A DNA stretch of 64,000 bases from Cyanobacteriota bacterium (GTDB taxonomy: Bacteria > Cyanobacteriota > Cyanobacteriia > PCC-6307 > Cyanobiaceae): assembly GCA_046052125.1 (NCBI GenBank), contig JBJOMY010000004.1:279187-343186 (forward strand), written 5' to 3'. The translations under genes and the position numbers were made by a program. Below are positions 19,638 to 29,128 of the stretch, in pieces. Position 1 is the stretch's first letter. Each line of letters starts with the position of its first letter. The notes beneath the pieces are model-generated. The model saw only the letters and a program-made list of their open reading frames with translations, had not been told where the DNA came from and did no database searches.

Positions 19638-21179
19638 TCAGCTGCGCTCAAGCCGCTCCAGGCTAGGAATCAGGGCCACGGCTGCCACGATCCCCAGCGC
19701 CAGGATCAGCAGGGCTGGCACCAGAGCGGCACCCACCCGTTCATCGCTGCCGTACTGATACACCCGCACCGCCAGGGTGTCGAAGTCGAACGGGCGCAGA
19801 GCAAAGGTGAGCGGCAGTTCCTTCACCGTGTCCACGAACACCAGCAGGGCTCCCACCAGCAGGGGGCCGCGCAGCAGGGGCAGGTGCACCCGTTGCAGCA
19901 CCCCCAGCCAGCTGTTGCCCAAGGAGGTGGCGGCCTCATCCACGCTCGGTGGAATGCGCTCGAGGGCTGCATCCAACCCGCCTTTCGACACCGCCAGGAA
20001 GCGATCCGCGTAGCCCCACACCAACAGCAGCAGCGGTGCCAGGGCCAGGGGACCCCCGATCAGCATCAGCGCCAGGGCGAGCACCGTGCCGGGGATGGCG
20101 TAGCCGAGGCCCGAGATGAAGGTGAGGCGTTGCAGCAGGGCGTTGGGGATCCAGCGTTTGGCAATGGCCAACAGCAGCCCTCCCGCCACGGTGAGGGCAG
20201 CGGCAAGCAGCGCTAGGCCAAAGCTGCGGCTGCCGAGGGCCAATAGTTCGCTGCTGTCTTCGCTGCGGATTTGATCCCAGCTGAGTGCGGCCCAGAGCAG
20301 GGGCAGCCCGAGGGTGATCAGCGGCGGTACCGCGCAAAGCGCTTGGCTGAGCCAGCGCCGCTGGGTGGTGAGAGTCCACTGGGGATCCGCATCACCATCG
20401 CTGCCCAGGTTCCAGCAGCGGCTGCGTTGGCGCAGGCTGCGCTCGGCCCCCACCAGCAACGCCACGATCACCAGTGCCATCAGGGCCAGCGCAACAGAGC
20501 CCTGGGGATCACCGTCCTGCTGCCAGCGCATCAAGATGCCGCTGGAGAGTGTGGGGACGCCGAGCAGTTGCACGGCACCGAGTTCATTCACCACCTCCAT
20601 GCCCCCCAGGGCCACTCCGGCTCCGATGGCCGGCAGGGCCATCGGCAGGGCCACCCGCCAGAAGCTGCCCCAGGGGCCAACCCCCAGGCTGCGGCAGGCT
20701 TCCAGTTGGCGACGCCCGCTCACCGAGAAGCTCTCGGTGGAGAGCAGAAACACGTAGCTGTAGGTGCTGAGCACCAGCACGATCAGCGTGGGGAGGAAGC
20801 CATGCACCCGCAGGCTGAAGCGACTGCCGAGGTCAATCCAAGTGGCAGCCAGCAGATAACTCGGTGTGGCCAAGGGCAAGAGCTGGGCGATGCGCAGCCA
20901 GCGGCGCCCGGGGAAGGCGCAGCGGGCAGTGATCCAGCCGTTGGCGGTGCCGAGCACCGCGCTGAGGAGGCCCACCAGCGCCACAAGAGCCAGGGTGTTG
21001 CGCACCTGTGCCGGGCCATCGCTGCCCAGGTCAAACGAAATCCCGGTTCCGGCCCCGAAGGCAAACCAGCCCAGCCCAAACACAGGAGCCAGTGCCATGG
21101 CGCAGAGCAGCAGCACAACCGCTGCCAGCACGCTGCGATGGGGGCGACGCGACGGAGCCTGAACGCTGAAGGGAACCAT
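19638..21179 (-). CDS. futB: Fe(III) ABC transporter permease
   Basis: Two permease repeats ('LEACRSLG', 'DEAATSLG'), 'KELPLTFALRPF'; divergent from futA. Confidence 0.88.
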   Translation of the reverse strand: MVPFSVQAPSRRPHRSVLAAVVLLLCAMALAPVFGLGWFAFGAGTGISFDLGSDGPAQVRNTLALVALVGLLSAVLGTANGWITARCAFPGRRWLRIAQLLPLATPSYLLAATWIDLGSRFSLRVHGFLPTLIVLVLSTYSYVFLLSTESFSVSGRRQLEACRSLGVGPWGSFWRVALPMALPAIGAGVALGGMEVVNELGAVQLLGVPTLSSGILMRWQQDGDPQGSVALALMALVIVALLVGAERSLRQRSRCWNLGSDGDADPQWTLTTQRRWLSQALCAVPPLITLGLPLLWAALSWDQIRSEDSSELLALGSRSFGLALLAAALTVAGGLLLAIAKRWIPNALLQRLTFISGLGYAIPGTVLALALMLIGGPLALAPLLLLVWGYADRFLAVSKGGLDAALERIPPSVDEAATSLGNSWLGVLQRVHLPLLRGPLLVGALLVFVDTVKELPLTFALRPFDFDTLAVRVYQYGSDERVGAALVPALLILALGIVAAVALIPSLERLERS

Positions 21180-21219
21180 GGGCAAAAAGCCTACGGGGCG
21201 GGGCCTTTGCACCGTTTGG

Positions 21220-21235
21220 TGTAACCAATGTCACA
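21220..21235. promoter_or_regulatory. Crp-family-like site TGTAA-N6-TCACA
   Basis: One mismatch to TGTGA-N6-TCACA, between divergent futB and futA. Confidence 0.5.
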
Positions 21236-21316
21236 CCCTGGCGTGGGCAATGATCGCCGGGCTGCAGGAGGGGGCGGCACCCTGTCCATAGTGCCCTGCA
21301 GCGTTGTTCTGATCCT

Positions 21317-22381
21317 TTGAACTCCTCTCTTCTGCGAACGCTGCGGCAACCGGAGCGCTTGGGTGCGCTGGTCCTGCTGGCGGTGAGCGCGGCAGGCGCG
21401 GCGATCGCCTCCATCGGTGTGGAAACGGCCCAGGCCCAGATCCAGGAGATCGGCGTGTACTCCGGCCGCCACTACAACACCGATAAGAAGCTCTATCAGG
21501 AGTTCACGGCGCGCACCGGCATCAAGGTGCGCTTGCTGGAAGCCAAGGACGACGCCCTGATTGAGCGGGTGCGCACCGAGGGCAAGAACAGTCCGGCGGA
21601 TGTGCTGGTGCTGGTAGATGCCGCTCGGCTCGACAAGGCGGCCGACATGGGCCTGTTCCGGGCAAGCCCGTCCGCGGCTCTGTTGCGCGATGTGCCCCTG
21701 AATCTGCGGGACGCCAAAGGTCGCTGGTATGGCCTCACCCGCCGGGTGCGCGTGGCGGTCGTGAATCCGAAGCTGGTGAACCCAGCCAGCATCCGCACCT
21801 ACGCCGATTTGGCGAATCCCGCCTTCAAAGGAAAGCTCTGCCTGCGCGACAGCAAGAGCGTTTACAACCAGTCGTTGGTGGCCGACCAGATGATCCTGCG
21901 CGGCGATGCAGCTGCCGCGAAGTGGGTGAAAGGGATGACGACCAACGTGACCAAGCCGTATTTCACCTCTGACACCCCCCTGATCCGCGCCGTTGCCAAC
22001 GGTGAGTGCGGTGTGGGCCTGGTGAACACCTACTACGTGGCGCGGATGCTCTCCGGTGAGAGTGGTGCCGCCGACAAGGCTCTGGCCAGCAAGTTGAAGG
22101 TGGTCTTCCCCAATCCCGCCCACGTGAACATCAGTGGAGCCGGTGTGGTGAAAACCTCCAAGAACCCCCAGGCGGCCCTGAAGCTGATTGAGTTTCTGGC
22201 TTCGCCGAGCGGCGGCCGCGGCTATGCCGAGGCCAATCACGAATACCCGCTCAAGGGCTACGGCAATAACCCCATCCTCAAGCGCTTCGGCAGTTTCAAG
22301 GCCGATGGGGTTTCTGCCGAGCAGATGGGCGCCAAGAACAAGGCGGCCGTGCAGCTGATGGCCCGCAACGGCTGGAAGTAA
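21317..22381 (+). CDS. futA: Fe(III) ABC transporter substrate-binding protein (FutA/IdiA)
   Basis: 'VYSGRHYNTD', 'SPADVL', 'YNQSL', 'NTYY', 'HVNISGAG'. Confidence 0.92.
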   Translation: MNSSLLRTLRQPERLGALVLLAVSAAGAAIASIGVETAQAQIQEIGVYSGRHYNTDKKLYQEFTARTGIKVRLLEAKDDALIERVRTEGKNSPADVLVLVDAARLDKAADMGLFRASPSAALLRDVPLNLRDAKGRWYGLTRRVRVAVVNPKLVNPASIRTYADLANPAFKGKLCLRDSKSVYNQSLVADQMILRGDAAAAKWVKGMTTNVTKPYFTSDTPLIRAVANGECGVGLVNTYYVARMLSGESGAADKALASKLKVVFPNPAHVNISGAGVVKTSKNPQAALKLIEFLASPSGGRGYAEANHEYPLKGYGNNPILKRFGSFKADGVSAEQMGAKNKAAVQLMARNGWK

Positions 22382-22530
22382 GGCGCTTGCACGGGGGAGC
22401 GTGGTGTTGAGCCGCCTGCACCGCACCCCCATGAGCCGCCCTGAGCTCATGCTCAAGGTGGCTTTGTTGTGCCAAGAAGCACCCGCTTCCCCATCGACCG
22501 CCCCAGCCCGGTTCGCAGCTAACAGTTGTT

Positions 22531-22588
22531 ATTGAGAATCGCTTGCAAAAAGCTCGGGACCTTCTCTACATTGCGACGCATTCGCAAT
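22531..22588 (+). promoter_or_regulatory. Two Fur-box-like operators
   Basis: ATTGAGAATCGCTTGCAA (22531-22548) and perfect 7-5-7 inverted repeat ATTGCGA-CGCAT-TCGCAAT (22570-22588) upstream of the Crp-family gene. Confidence 0.6.
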
Positions 22589-22610
22589 TAGCCCTGGCTG
22601 CTCCGGGTTC

Positions 22611-23207
22611 ATGAGCTTCCGTTCCTCGATCGATACCCCTGTCAACGCCGTGCGCATGCCCGTGGGGCAAACCGTGCTGCTCGATCCCGCCCTGCGCCCG
22701 GAGGGCAGCTGCATTGAGGTGCTGGAGGGGATGGCCCGCGTGTATTGCCCCTGTGAGGAAACCGAGGGCATGACCCTGGCGTTCCTGCAGCCCGGCGATC
22801 AGCTGCGCACCGATCGCCTCTGCAGTGAAGGGGTGTGCGTGGAGGCGCTCACCCCGCTGTTGTTCAGCACTGAAGCTCGCCCCTCCGCCGCGTCTGGTTT
22901 CGACCCGGTGAATGAGTGGACACTGCAGCTGCTGCGCATCCGCCACCTGGGCAATGCCGAGCAGCGCTTGCATGCGCTGCTGAGTTTGCTGGTGCGGCGC
23001 CTGGGCCGGCGCCGCGGCGATTGGTGCGATCTGCCCTTCCGGCTCACCCACGAACGCATCGGCGAGCTGATCGGCGCAACACGGGTCACCACCACCCGCA
23101 TGATCTCCAAAATTCGCCAGGCACAGCTGATCGAGGTGCCGGCGGGAGACACCTGCCTGCGCCTGGCTCCTGAGCTGGTGGAATCGGCGCCGCTGGCGGC
23201 GGCCTGA
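22611..23207 (+). CDS. Crp/Fnr-family transcriptional regulator (IdiB-like)
   Basis: HTH 'LTHERIGELIGATRVTTTR'; adjacent to futA. Confidence 0.85.
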   Translation: MSFRSSIDTPVNAVRMPVGQTVLLDPALRPEGSCIEVLEGMARVYCPCEETEGMTLAFLQPGDQLRTDRLCSEGVCVEALTPLLFSTEARPSAASGFDPVNEWTLQLLRIRHLGNAEQRLHALLSLLVRRLGRRRGDWCDLPFRLTHERIGELIGATRVTTTRMISKIRQAQLIEVPAGDTCLRLAPELVESAPLAAA

Positions 23208-23210
23208 GGG

Positions 23211-23453
23211 CTAGTCCTCAGGGTCTTCAGGAAATTCCCTGTGGTGCAGGGCCTTCAGCTGGTCGGCCTCAAAGCGCCGCCTGTCCTCCTCCTGCCGCCT
23301 CAGGGCTTTGGCCATCGGGCACCAGTCTTCGAAGGGGGGCTCGTTGAGCCTGTAGCTGCCGAACTCAGCCCGCATGCGCTCCATGCACTCCAACGAGCAG
23401 TGCTCAGGGAAGCGCGGGCAGTGCTCGACGGGCTGCGTGGTGGGTTCGGCCAT
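23211..23453 (-). CDS. Small Cys-containing hypothetical protein
   Basis: 80-aa ORF with 4 Cys, last gene of the sulfur operon. Confidence 0.5.
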   Translation of the reverse strand: MAEPTTQPVEHCPRFPEHCSLECMERMRAEFGSYRLNEPPFEDWCPMAKALRRQEEDRRRFEADQLKALHHREFPEDPED

Positions 23454-23460
23454 GGGCTGA

Positions 23461-24297
23461 TCAGCAGCGGATCTGCTTGATTCTCTGCCCACTAGCCAGG
23501 GTTTGGGCCTTGTCCTGGTGCGGGGCTTCCGGCTGGCGTTTCCAGGCCTCCAGACCGCTCATCAGTGCTGAGCTGATCAGCAAGATCGAGAAGCCCTGGC
23601 GCAGGCGGTGCTCGCTCAGGCGGGGCGCCAGCCATTGGCCCACCACTGCACCCAGGGCGCCGCCCGCAAGCAGAGGCAGCATCAGCGGCAGGCTCCGCTC
23701 CGGCCAATGCCCGAGGGCGGCAAGGGCCACAAGGGCATTCACGGCGATCAGTAACAGGCTGGTGCCACTGGCCAGCTGCATCGGCAGGCCCGCCAGAAGC
23801 ACGAGGGCCGGCACGATCGCGAACCCTCCACCAACTCCGGCAATCCCAGTGAGCAGGCCGACCAGAACACCCTGAAGGGCCAGAAGAGCTGGGCGTTGCT
23901 TGGCGGCGGTGTTGGCAGCTTGGCTGCTTTGGCCGCGGCTGAGTAGCCAGGACGCCACCAGGGCTGCCGCACTGAAGACCCCCAACTGCACCCCTTCAGG
24001 GATCAGGCCGGCCTTCACCCAACTCCCCCCAAGCCAGCTGCCTGCCAGGGCGGGAACGCCGAGGATCAGTGCCGGCTTGAAGGCGAATTGGCCGCGGCGC
24101 ACATAGGGCCCCAGGTTCGCCAGGGCCAGCAGGATCACCACCAGCAACGACAGGGGCACTGCTTCGCGGGTGGGTAGTGCGGCGCCGCTCACCAGCAAGG
24201 GGAGCAACAGGATTGAGCCGCCTGCTCCCAGTACGGAGAGCAGGAATCCAATCAGCCCACCGCCCAGCCCCAGCAGCAACAAAGCGCTGAGGGCCAT
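23461..24297 (-). CDS. TauE/SafE sulfite exporter family
   Basis: 'GAGGSILLLP', 'GVGGGFAIVP', 'ASGTSL'. Confidence 0.88.
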   Translation of the reverse strand: MALSALLLLGLGGGLIGFLLSVLGAGGSILLLPLLVSGAALPTREAVPLSLLVVILLALANLGPYVRRGQFAFKPALILGVPALAGSWLGGSWVKAGLIPEGVQLGVFSAAALVASWLLSRGQSSQAANTAAKQRPALLALQGVLVGLLTGIAGVGGGFAIVPALVLLAGLPMQLASGTSLLLIAVNALVALAALGHWPERSLPLMLPLLAGGALGAVVGQWLAPRLSEHRLRQGFSILLISSALMSGLEAWKRQPEAPHQDKAQTLASGQRIKQIRC

Positions 24298-24818
24298 CAG
24301 GGCGACACCCGATTCCAGGGCATCACGGCCAGCAGTCGCGCCATGCCGCAGAAGCCGCTCACGCCGGCGAAGGTGAGCCCGGCTCCCACGAACCAGGCGA
24401 TCGCGATCCAGCCGGGAGCCACGGTGTTACTGAGAATCAGGCCCAGCAGGATCAGCGAACCGGCGGCGATCTGCACCTGGCGCATCAGGGGCAGCGGAGC
24501 GTTCTTGAGCTTGCGCACCGGGTAGCTGGCCTGCTCCCAGGCGGGCAAGCCGCCGGCGAGGTCGGCCACGGGATGGGGGTGGCCGCGATCGAGCAGGCGG
24601 TTGAGGCCTTGGGCGCTGCGCTTGCCGCTCTGGCACACCAACACCAGCGGGCCCTGGGGCAGGTCGGCCTGATGCAACCGGCTCAGGGGCAGGTTGAGGC
24701 TCCCGGCGATGTGGCCGCTGGCGTATTCCATGGGCTCACGCACATCGATCACGGTGATGCGCTGGCTGGCCAGCTGCTCAGCGAGGTCGTGGGCGGAAAT
24801 GCTTCGGGTGGAGGTCAT
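24297..24818 (-). CDS. Rhodanese domain + DUF2892 (YgaP-like) sulfurtransferase
   Basis: 'IDVREP', 'CQSGKRS', 'RQVQIAAG', 'GFCGMA..MPWN'. Confidence 0.88.
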   Translation of the reverse strand: MTSTRSISAHDLAEQLASQRITVIDVREPMEYASGHIAGSLNLPLSRLHQADLPQGPLVLVCQSGKRSAQGLNRLLDRGHPHPVADLAGGLPAWEQASYPVRKLKNAPLPLMRQVQIAAGSLILLGLILSNTVAPGWIAIAWFVGAGLTFAGVSGFCGMARLLAVMPWNRVSP

Positions 24819-24858
24819 GGGACGTCGGATGCAAATGGAATCACGGTGCGGCTGCCGA

Positions 24859-25977
24859 TCAGCCGTGGGCTCTGGCCAGGGGGTAGCCCTCATCGCTCCA
24901 GCGGCTCAGGCCGCCGCGCAGGTTGGCCACCTCGCCAAAGCCCTCTTTGAGCAGCTGCTGGGTGGCGAGGGCTGAGCGGCTGCCGGAATGACACACCACC
25001 ACCAGCGGTTTGCCGGAAGGAATCTCCTGGCGGCGGTGCTCCAGCTCCGGCAGGGGGATGTTGAGGCTGCCGCTGATGTGGCCATCGGGGCCTTGCAGCT
25101 CCTCCGGGCTGCGCACATCGAGGATCGTGAGCTCCTGCTGATGCGCCGCGACCCAGGCGGGTGCGAGTTCGGGCAGACCGGCATAGCTGCGTTGAACCGG
25201 TGCCCAGGCCGCACCCGCCTGCTCCTCCCGCGGTTTGCCGGAGCGCAGGTTGCCCGGCAGGGCCTCCGCGATCTTGTGAGGGTGCGGGAGCTTCATGTTC
25301 TCCATGTGGCCCACGAAGTCGCGCTCGGTGGCGGCGCCGCCGAGGCGGGCATTGAAAGCTTTTTCTTCCGCGACTGATGTCACGGTGCGGCCGGTGTAGT
25401 CGTGACCCGGGTAGAGCAAGCAGGAATCGGGCAGCGAGAAAAGTTGCTCGGTGATCGATCGCCACAGGGTGTGGGCATCGCCCTGCTGGAAGTCGCAACG
25501 GCCGCAACCGCGCACCAGCAGCGCATCGCCGCTGAAGGCCATCGAGTGGTCGTCGAGCACGAAGCTGATGCAGCCATCGGTGTGGCCGGGGGTGCTGCGC
25601 ACCTCCAGGAAGCGGTTGCCGAACGCGACGCGATCACCGTGCGACAAGGGCTGGGTGACGTTTTCGGCGCGGGCGGCGGCGGCCAGGCCAATGGCGCAGC
25701 CGGTGGCTTGGTGCATCAGCCAGCTGCCGGTCACATGGTCGGCATGGGCGTGGGTGTCGATTGAAGCCATGAGCTCGATCCCCAGTTCCTGGATCAGCGA
25801 GAAGTCACGGCTGTGTTGTTCGAACACCGGATCGATCAACACCCCCTGGCGGCTCGTTACGTCGGCGAGCAGGTAGGTGAAGGTGCCGGTGGCGGCGTCG
25901 AACAGCTGGCGGAACAGCAGCTGGCTGCCGCCGGCTGCTGCGGCCAGGGAGACCGGAGCGCGGGAGGTCACTGCCAT
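24859..25977 (-). CDS. Persulfide dioxygenase (ETHE1-like MBL fold)-rhodanese fusion
   Basis: 'THAHADHVTG', 'PGHT', 'GCGRCDFQ', 'PGHDY'; C-terminal 'CHSGSRS'. Confidence 0.88.
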   Translation of the reverse strand: MAVTSRAPVSLAAAAGGSQLLFRQLFDAATGTFTYLLADVTSRQGVLIDPVFEQHSRDFSLIQELGIELMASIDTHAHADHVTGSWLMHQATGCAIGLAAAARAENVTQPLSHGDRVAFGNRFLEVRSTPGHTDGCISFVLDDHSMAFSGDALLVRGCGRCDFQQGDAHTLWRSITEQLFSLPDSCLLYPGHDYTGRTVTSVAEEKAFNARLGGAATERDFVGHMENMKLPHPHKIAEALPGNLRSGKPREEQAGAAWAPVQRSYAGLPELAPAWVAAHQQELTILDVRSPEELQGPDGHISGSLNIPLPELEHRRQEIPSGKPLVVVCHSGSRSALATQQLLKEGFGEVANLRGGLSRWSDEGYPLARAHG

Positions 25978-25998
25978 GGGTGAACCATCACACAGTGG

Positions 25999-26102
25999 TA
26001 TGACGTTAAACGCATAAGCGCGTCTTGCGCAAGTGCGCCTGAGGCTTGGTCTTGGCGCTGGTGTGCCTTGGAGGTGGCGGGCATAATGCGCCTATCGACA
26101 TA
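25999..26102. promoter_or_regulatory. Pair of related ArsR-type operators
   Basis: TATGACGTTAAACGCATA (25999-26016) and an inverted near-copy (26085-26102; reverse complement TATGTCGATAGGCGCATT). Confidence 0.45.
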
Positions 26103-26112
26103 CATGCGTGTC

Positions 26113-26451
26113 ATGGGTGCCTCGAGCTCCATGCCGTCTCCTCAGTTGCTTGAGGAGTTCAGCCAGTTCTTCCGGCTGTTGAGTGAGCCGGCGCGGCTGC
26201 AGTTGCTCTGCCATCTCAAGCAGGGGCCCACCGATGTGGCCACGCTGATCGAGCGCACCGGCTTTTCTCAGTCGCACATCAGTCGGCAGCTCGGCCAGTT
26301 GCAGCGCGCCGGTTTGGTGCGTTGTGAGCGCGATGGGGCGCGCACGATCTGGCAGACGGAGGGCGACCTCGTGGATGAGCTCTGCCAGCTGGTGCAGGGG
26401 CGGCTTCGGCAGCGGCTTGAGGCTCAGCTGCAGGAGCTCAGAACGGCCTGA
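26113..26451 (+). CDS. ArsR/SmtB regulator, BigR/SqrR-like
   Basis: 'EPARLQLLCHL', 'SQSHISRQL', 'ELCQL'; divergent from the persulfide operon. Confidence 0.8.
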   Translation: MGASSSMPSPQLLEEFSQFFRLLSEPARLQLLCHLKQGPTDVATLIERTGFSQSHISRQLGQLQRAGLVRCERDGARTIWQTEGDLVDELCQLVQGRLRQRLEAQLQELRTA

Positions 26452-26811
26452 TCAGCAGTTTCCGAAGAGGCGGCTGTCGGCTTCGAGAAAGAGTCGATAG
26501 GTCTCGTCGTTGTTGGTTCCCGACACAGCGATCGAAACGGTTTGTCGAGCCGGGCAAACCTCTACGGCCAGGGCGACGCAGGCGTCTCGATGCTGGGCGT
26601 GAAACGTGGCGCTTCGAGCGTCTGCTGAATACACCGTTTCAGCGTCCTGCTCAAAGCCGATCTCTCTGGAGATCAGCGTGATTCCTGCGAGGGATCGGGT
26701 GAGGCCGGCCGCTGATTGGATCGCCGTGACGTACACGAATGGGGAGGGGAGTCGGGGCTCTGCGAGGCCGGCCTCAAGTCCGTTGCGAACGCTCTGCAGG
26801 AAGTCGCGCAT
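26452..26811 (-). CDS. Hypothetical protein
   Basis: 119-aa ORF filling the gap. Confidence 0.5.
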   Translation of the reverse strand: MRDFLQSVRNGLEAGLAEPRLPSPFVYVTAIQSAAGLTRSLAGITLISREIGFEQDAETVYSADARSATFHAQHRDACVALAVEVCPARQTVSIAVSGTNNDETYRLFLEADSRLFGNC

Positions 26812-26926
26812 GACCGTTCGATGGGTCCGGACAGTTGCCGAAAATCTAGGCTTGGCACGCTAGATCTGCACGGCCGCGACTCCAAGGCTCCACAGATAGC
26901 GTTTGTTGGTGTGTTGATGTCTGGTG

Positions 26927-27571
26927 ATGCACCCTGCTCCCGATACCGGTTCCTGGTGGGATCAGCGCTACCGCGAGGGCAGTGATCGTTGGGAACTCGG
27001 TGCCCCGGCTCCGCCGCTAGAGCAGTTTCTTGGTGAGCACCCTCTGGCTCCGCGGCCACCAGGCCGTGTGCTCGTGCCGGGTTGTGGCCGCGGCCATGAG
27101 GCGGCTTTGCTGGCCTCCATGGGGTTCGCGGTGGTGGGCCTGGATTTCAGCGCTGAAGCCTTGCGAGAGGCGCGGCGTTTGCATGGTGAACAGCTGGGGC
27201 AGCTGAGCTGGCTGCAGGCGGATTTGCTCGATCCAGAGGCTTTGGTGGCCGCAGGGTTGGGCCCCGGCAGCTGTGATGGCGTGCTCGAGCACACCTGTTA
27301 CTGCGCCATCGATCCGGCGCTGCGGCCGGCTTATCGCCAAGCGGTGGCTCAATTGTTGCGGCCCCAGGCCTGGCTCTTGGGCCTGTTCTGGTGTCATGGC
27401 CGCCCGGGTGGACCGCCTTACGGCAGCGATGCGGAGGTTTTGCAGAGCGACTTTCGAGCGGCTGGGTTCACTCAGGAGCTGTGGAGTCCAGCGACCCATT
27501 CCGGGCCGGGGCCCGATGGTGAGCCGCGCGACAACGAATGGCTGGGGCTCTGGCGCCGGGCTGCACACTGA
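26927..27571 (+). CDS. TPMT-family thiol/halide S-methyltransferase
   Basis: 'WDQRY..WELG', 'VLVPGCGRGHE', 'EHTCYCAI', 'GGPPY'. Confidence 0.8.
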   Translation: MHPAPDTGSWWDQRYREGSDRWELGAPAPPLEQFLGEHPLAPRPPGRVLVPGCGRGHEAALLASMGFAVVGLDFSAEALREARRLHGEQLGQLSWLQADLLDPEALVAAGLGPGSCDGVLEHTCYCAIDPALRPAYRQAVAQLLRPQAWLLGLFWCHGRPGGPPYGSDAEVLQSDFRAAGFTQELWSPATHSGPGPDGEPRDNEWLGLWRRAAH

Positions 27572-27592
27572 ACAGGTGCGTGCTGATCTGCC

Positions 27593-29128
27593 CTGAAGCC
27601 TGATCTGATCGTTGTGGGTAGCGGCCTCGGGGGCCTCTGCTGCGGGGCTCTGGCCGCCCGCCATGGGCTTGAGGTGCTGGTGCTCGAGGCCCACGACCGC
27701 CCGGGTGGTGCCGCCCATGGTTTTGAACGGCGCGGTTTTCAGTTCGAGTCGGGACCTTCGCTGTGGAGCGGTTTGGGGCGTTGGCCCTCGAGCAATCCCC
27801 TGGCCCAAGTGTTGCGGGCGGTGGGGGAGATGGTGCCGGTGGTGTCTTACGAGGAGTGGGGCCTGTTGTTGCCGGAGGGGCAGCTGCGCATCGGCGTGGG
27901 CGCGGAGCCGTTTCTCCAGGCTGTGCAGCAGCTCAGGGGAGCGGCGGTGGTGGCCGAATGGCGAGCCTTCATGGCTTGGCTCGAGCCCTATTGCCGAGCC
28001 GCCGGATCGTTGCCGTTGCTGGCCATGCGGCCTGGCCTGGGCACCGCCGGGGTGTTGGGCGCCCGCGGCTCGGCGGCACTGCTGCGTCATGCGCCGCGCC
28101 TGGCGAGCCTCGCGGGAGCCTTTGGGCCGATGGCGCGGCGCCATCTGCGCGATCCCTTCCTCCTCCATTGGGTGGAGATGCTGTGCTTCCTGATCTCCGG
28201 CTTGCCGATGGATCAGACCAGCGCCGCCGCCATGGCCACGCTGTTTGGCGAATGGTTTGAGCCGAACGCCAGCCTCGACTACCCCGTGGGCGGCAGTGCG
28301 GCGGTGGCCGAGGCGTTGGTGCGCGGCCTACGCCGCCACGGCGGTGAGCTGCGCTGCAGGGCGGCCGTGCGGGAGATCCGGCTCGAGGGCAACCGCGCCG
28401 TTGGCGTGGAGCTCGAGAGCGGTGAGCGCCTGGAGGCGCGCTTGGGGGTGGTGAGCAATGCCAGCCCCTGGGACACCCTGGCCTTGCTGCCCCAGGACGC
28501 CGTGCCATCGCGCTGGCGCCGTCAGACGGCTGACACTCCGGCCTGCAACAGCTTTCTGCACTGGCATGTGGGGTTGCGCGGCGCAGGGTTGGACTCACTG
28601 CCGATCCATCACGTGTGGGTGGGCGACTGGCAGCGGGGCATCGGCGCCGAGCGCAACATGCTCGTGTTCTCGATGCCCTCCCTGCTGGATCCGCAGCTGG
28701 CCCCCGAGGGGCACCACGTGCTCCACGCCTACAGCCCCGCCAATGAACCATGGGAGCTGTGGCGCGATCTCGAGCCCGGCTCCAGTGCCTATGAAGCCCT
28801 CAAGGCCGAGCGCTGCGGTCTCTTCCGCGAGGTGTTCAGCCAACTGGTGCCCGACCTCGCTGATCGGATCGTGCTCGAGCTTCAGGGCACACCCCACACC
28901 CATCGGCGTTATCTGCGGGTGCATCAGGGGAGCTATGGCCCGGCGATCGGCGCCGATCGGTCGCCGTTTCCTGGGGGGAGTACGCCAATTGAGGGGCTAC
29001 AGCTCTGCGGCGCCGGCGTGTTTCCGGGCATCGGCGTACCACCGGTCGCCGTGAGCGGGGCGATGGCGGCCCATAGCTTTGTGCTGGCGGCGCAGCAGAA
29101 GGCGTTGGTGCGGGAGCTGGGCCTCTAG
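27593..29128 (+). CDS. Phytoene desaturase/carotenoid isomerase-like FAD oxidoreductase
   Basis: 'DLIVVGSGLGGL', 'FESGPSL', 'GSYGPA', 'FPGIGVPPVA'; probable CTG start. Confidence 0.8.
   Translation: MKPDLIVVGSGLGGLCCGALAARHGLEVLVLEAHDRPGGAAHGFERRGFQFESGPSLWSGLGRWPSSNPLAQVLRAVGEMVPVVSYEEWGLLLPEGQLRIGVGAEPFLQAVQQLRGAAVVAEWRAFMAWLEPYCRAAGSLPLLAMRPGLGTAGVLGARGSAALLRHAPRLASLAGAFGPMARRHLRDPFLLHWVEMLCFLISGLPMDQTSAAAMATLFGEWFEPNASLDYPVGGSAAVAEALVRGLRRHGGELRCRAAVREIRLEGNRAVGVELESGERLEARLGVVSNASPWDTLALLPQDAVPSRWRRQTADTPACNSFLHWHVGLRGAGLDSLPIHHVWVGDWQRGIGAERNMLVFSMPSLLDPQLAPEGHHVLHAYSPANEPWELWRDLEPGSSAYEALKAERCGLFREVFSQLVPDLADRIVLELQGTPHTHRRYLRVHQGSYGPAIGADRSPFPGGSTPIEGLQLCGAGVFPGIGVPPVAVSGAMAAHSFVLAAQQKALVRELGL

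Noticed and set aside
21191..22456. 421-aa minus-strand ORF and similar long ORFs (2100-3095, 6500-7462, 12049-13119, 27017-28168)
   Set aside because: Antisense shadows of clear genes, expected at high GC; no motifs
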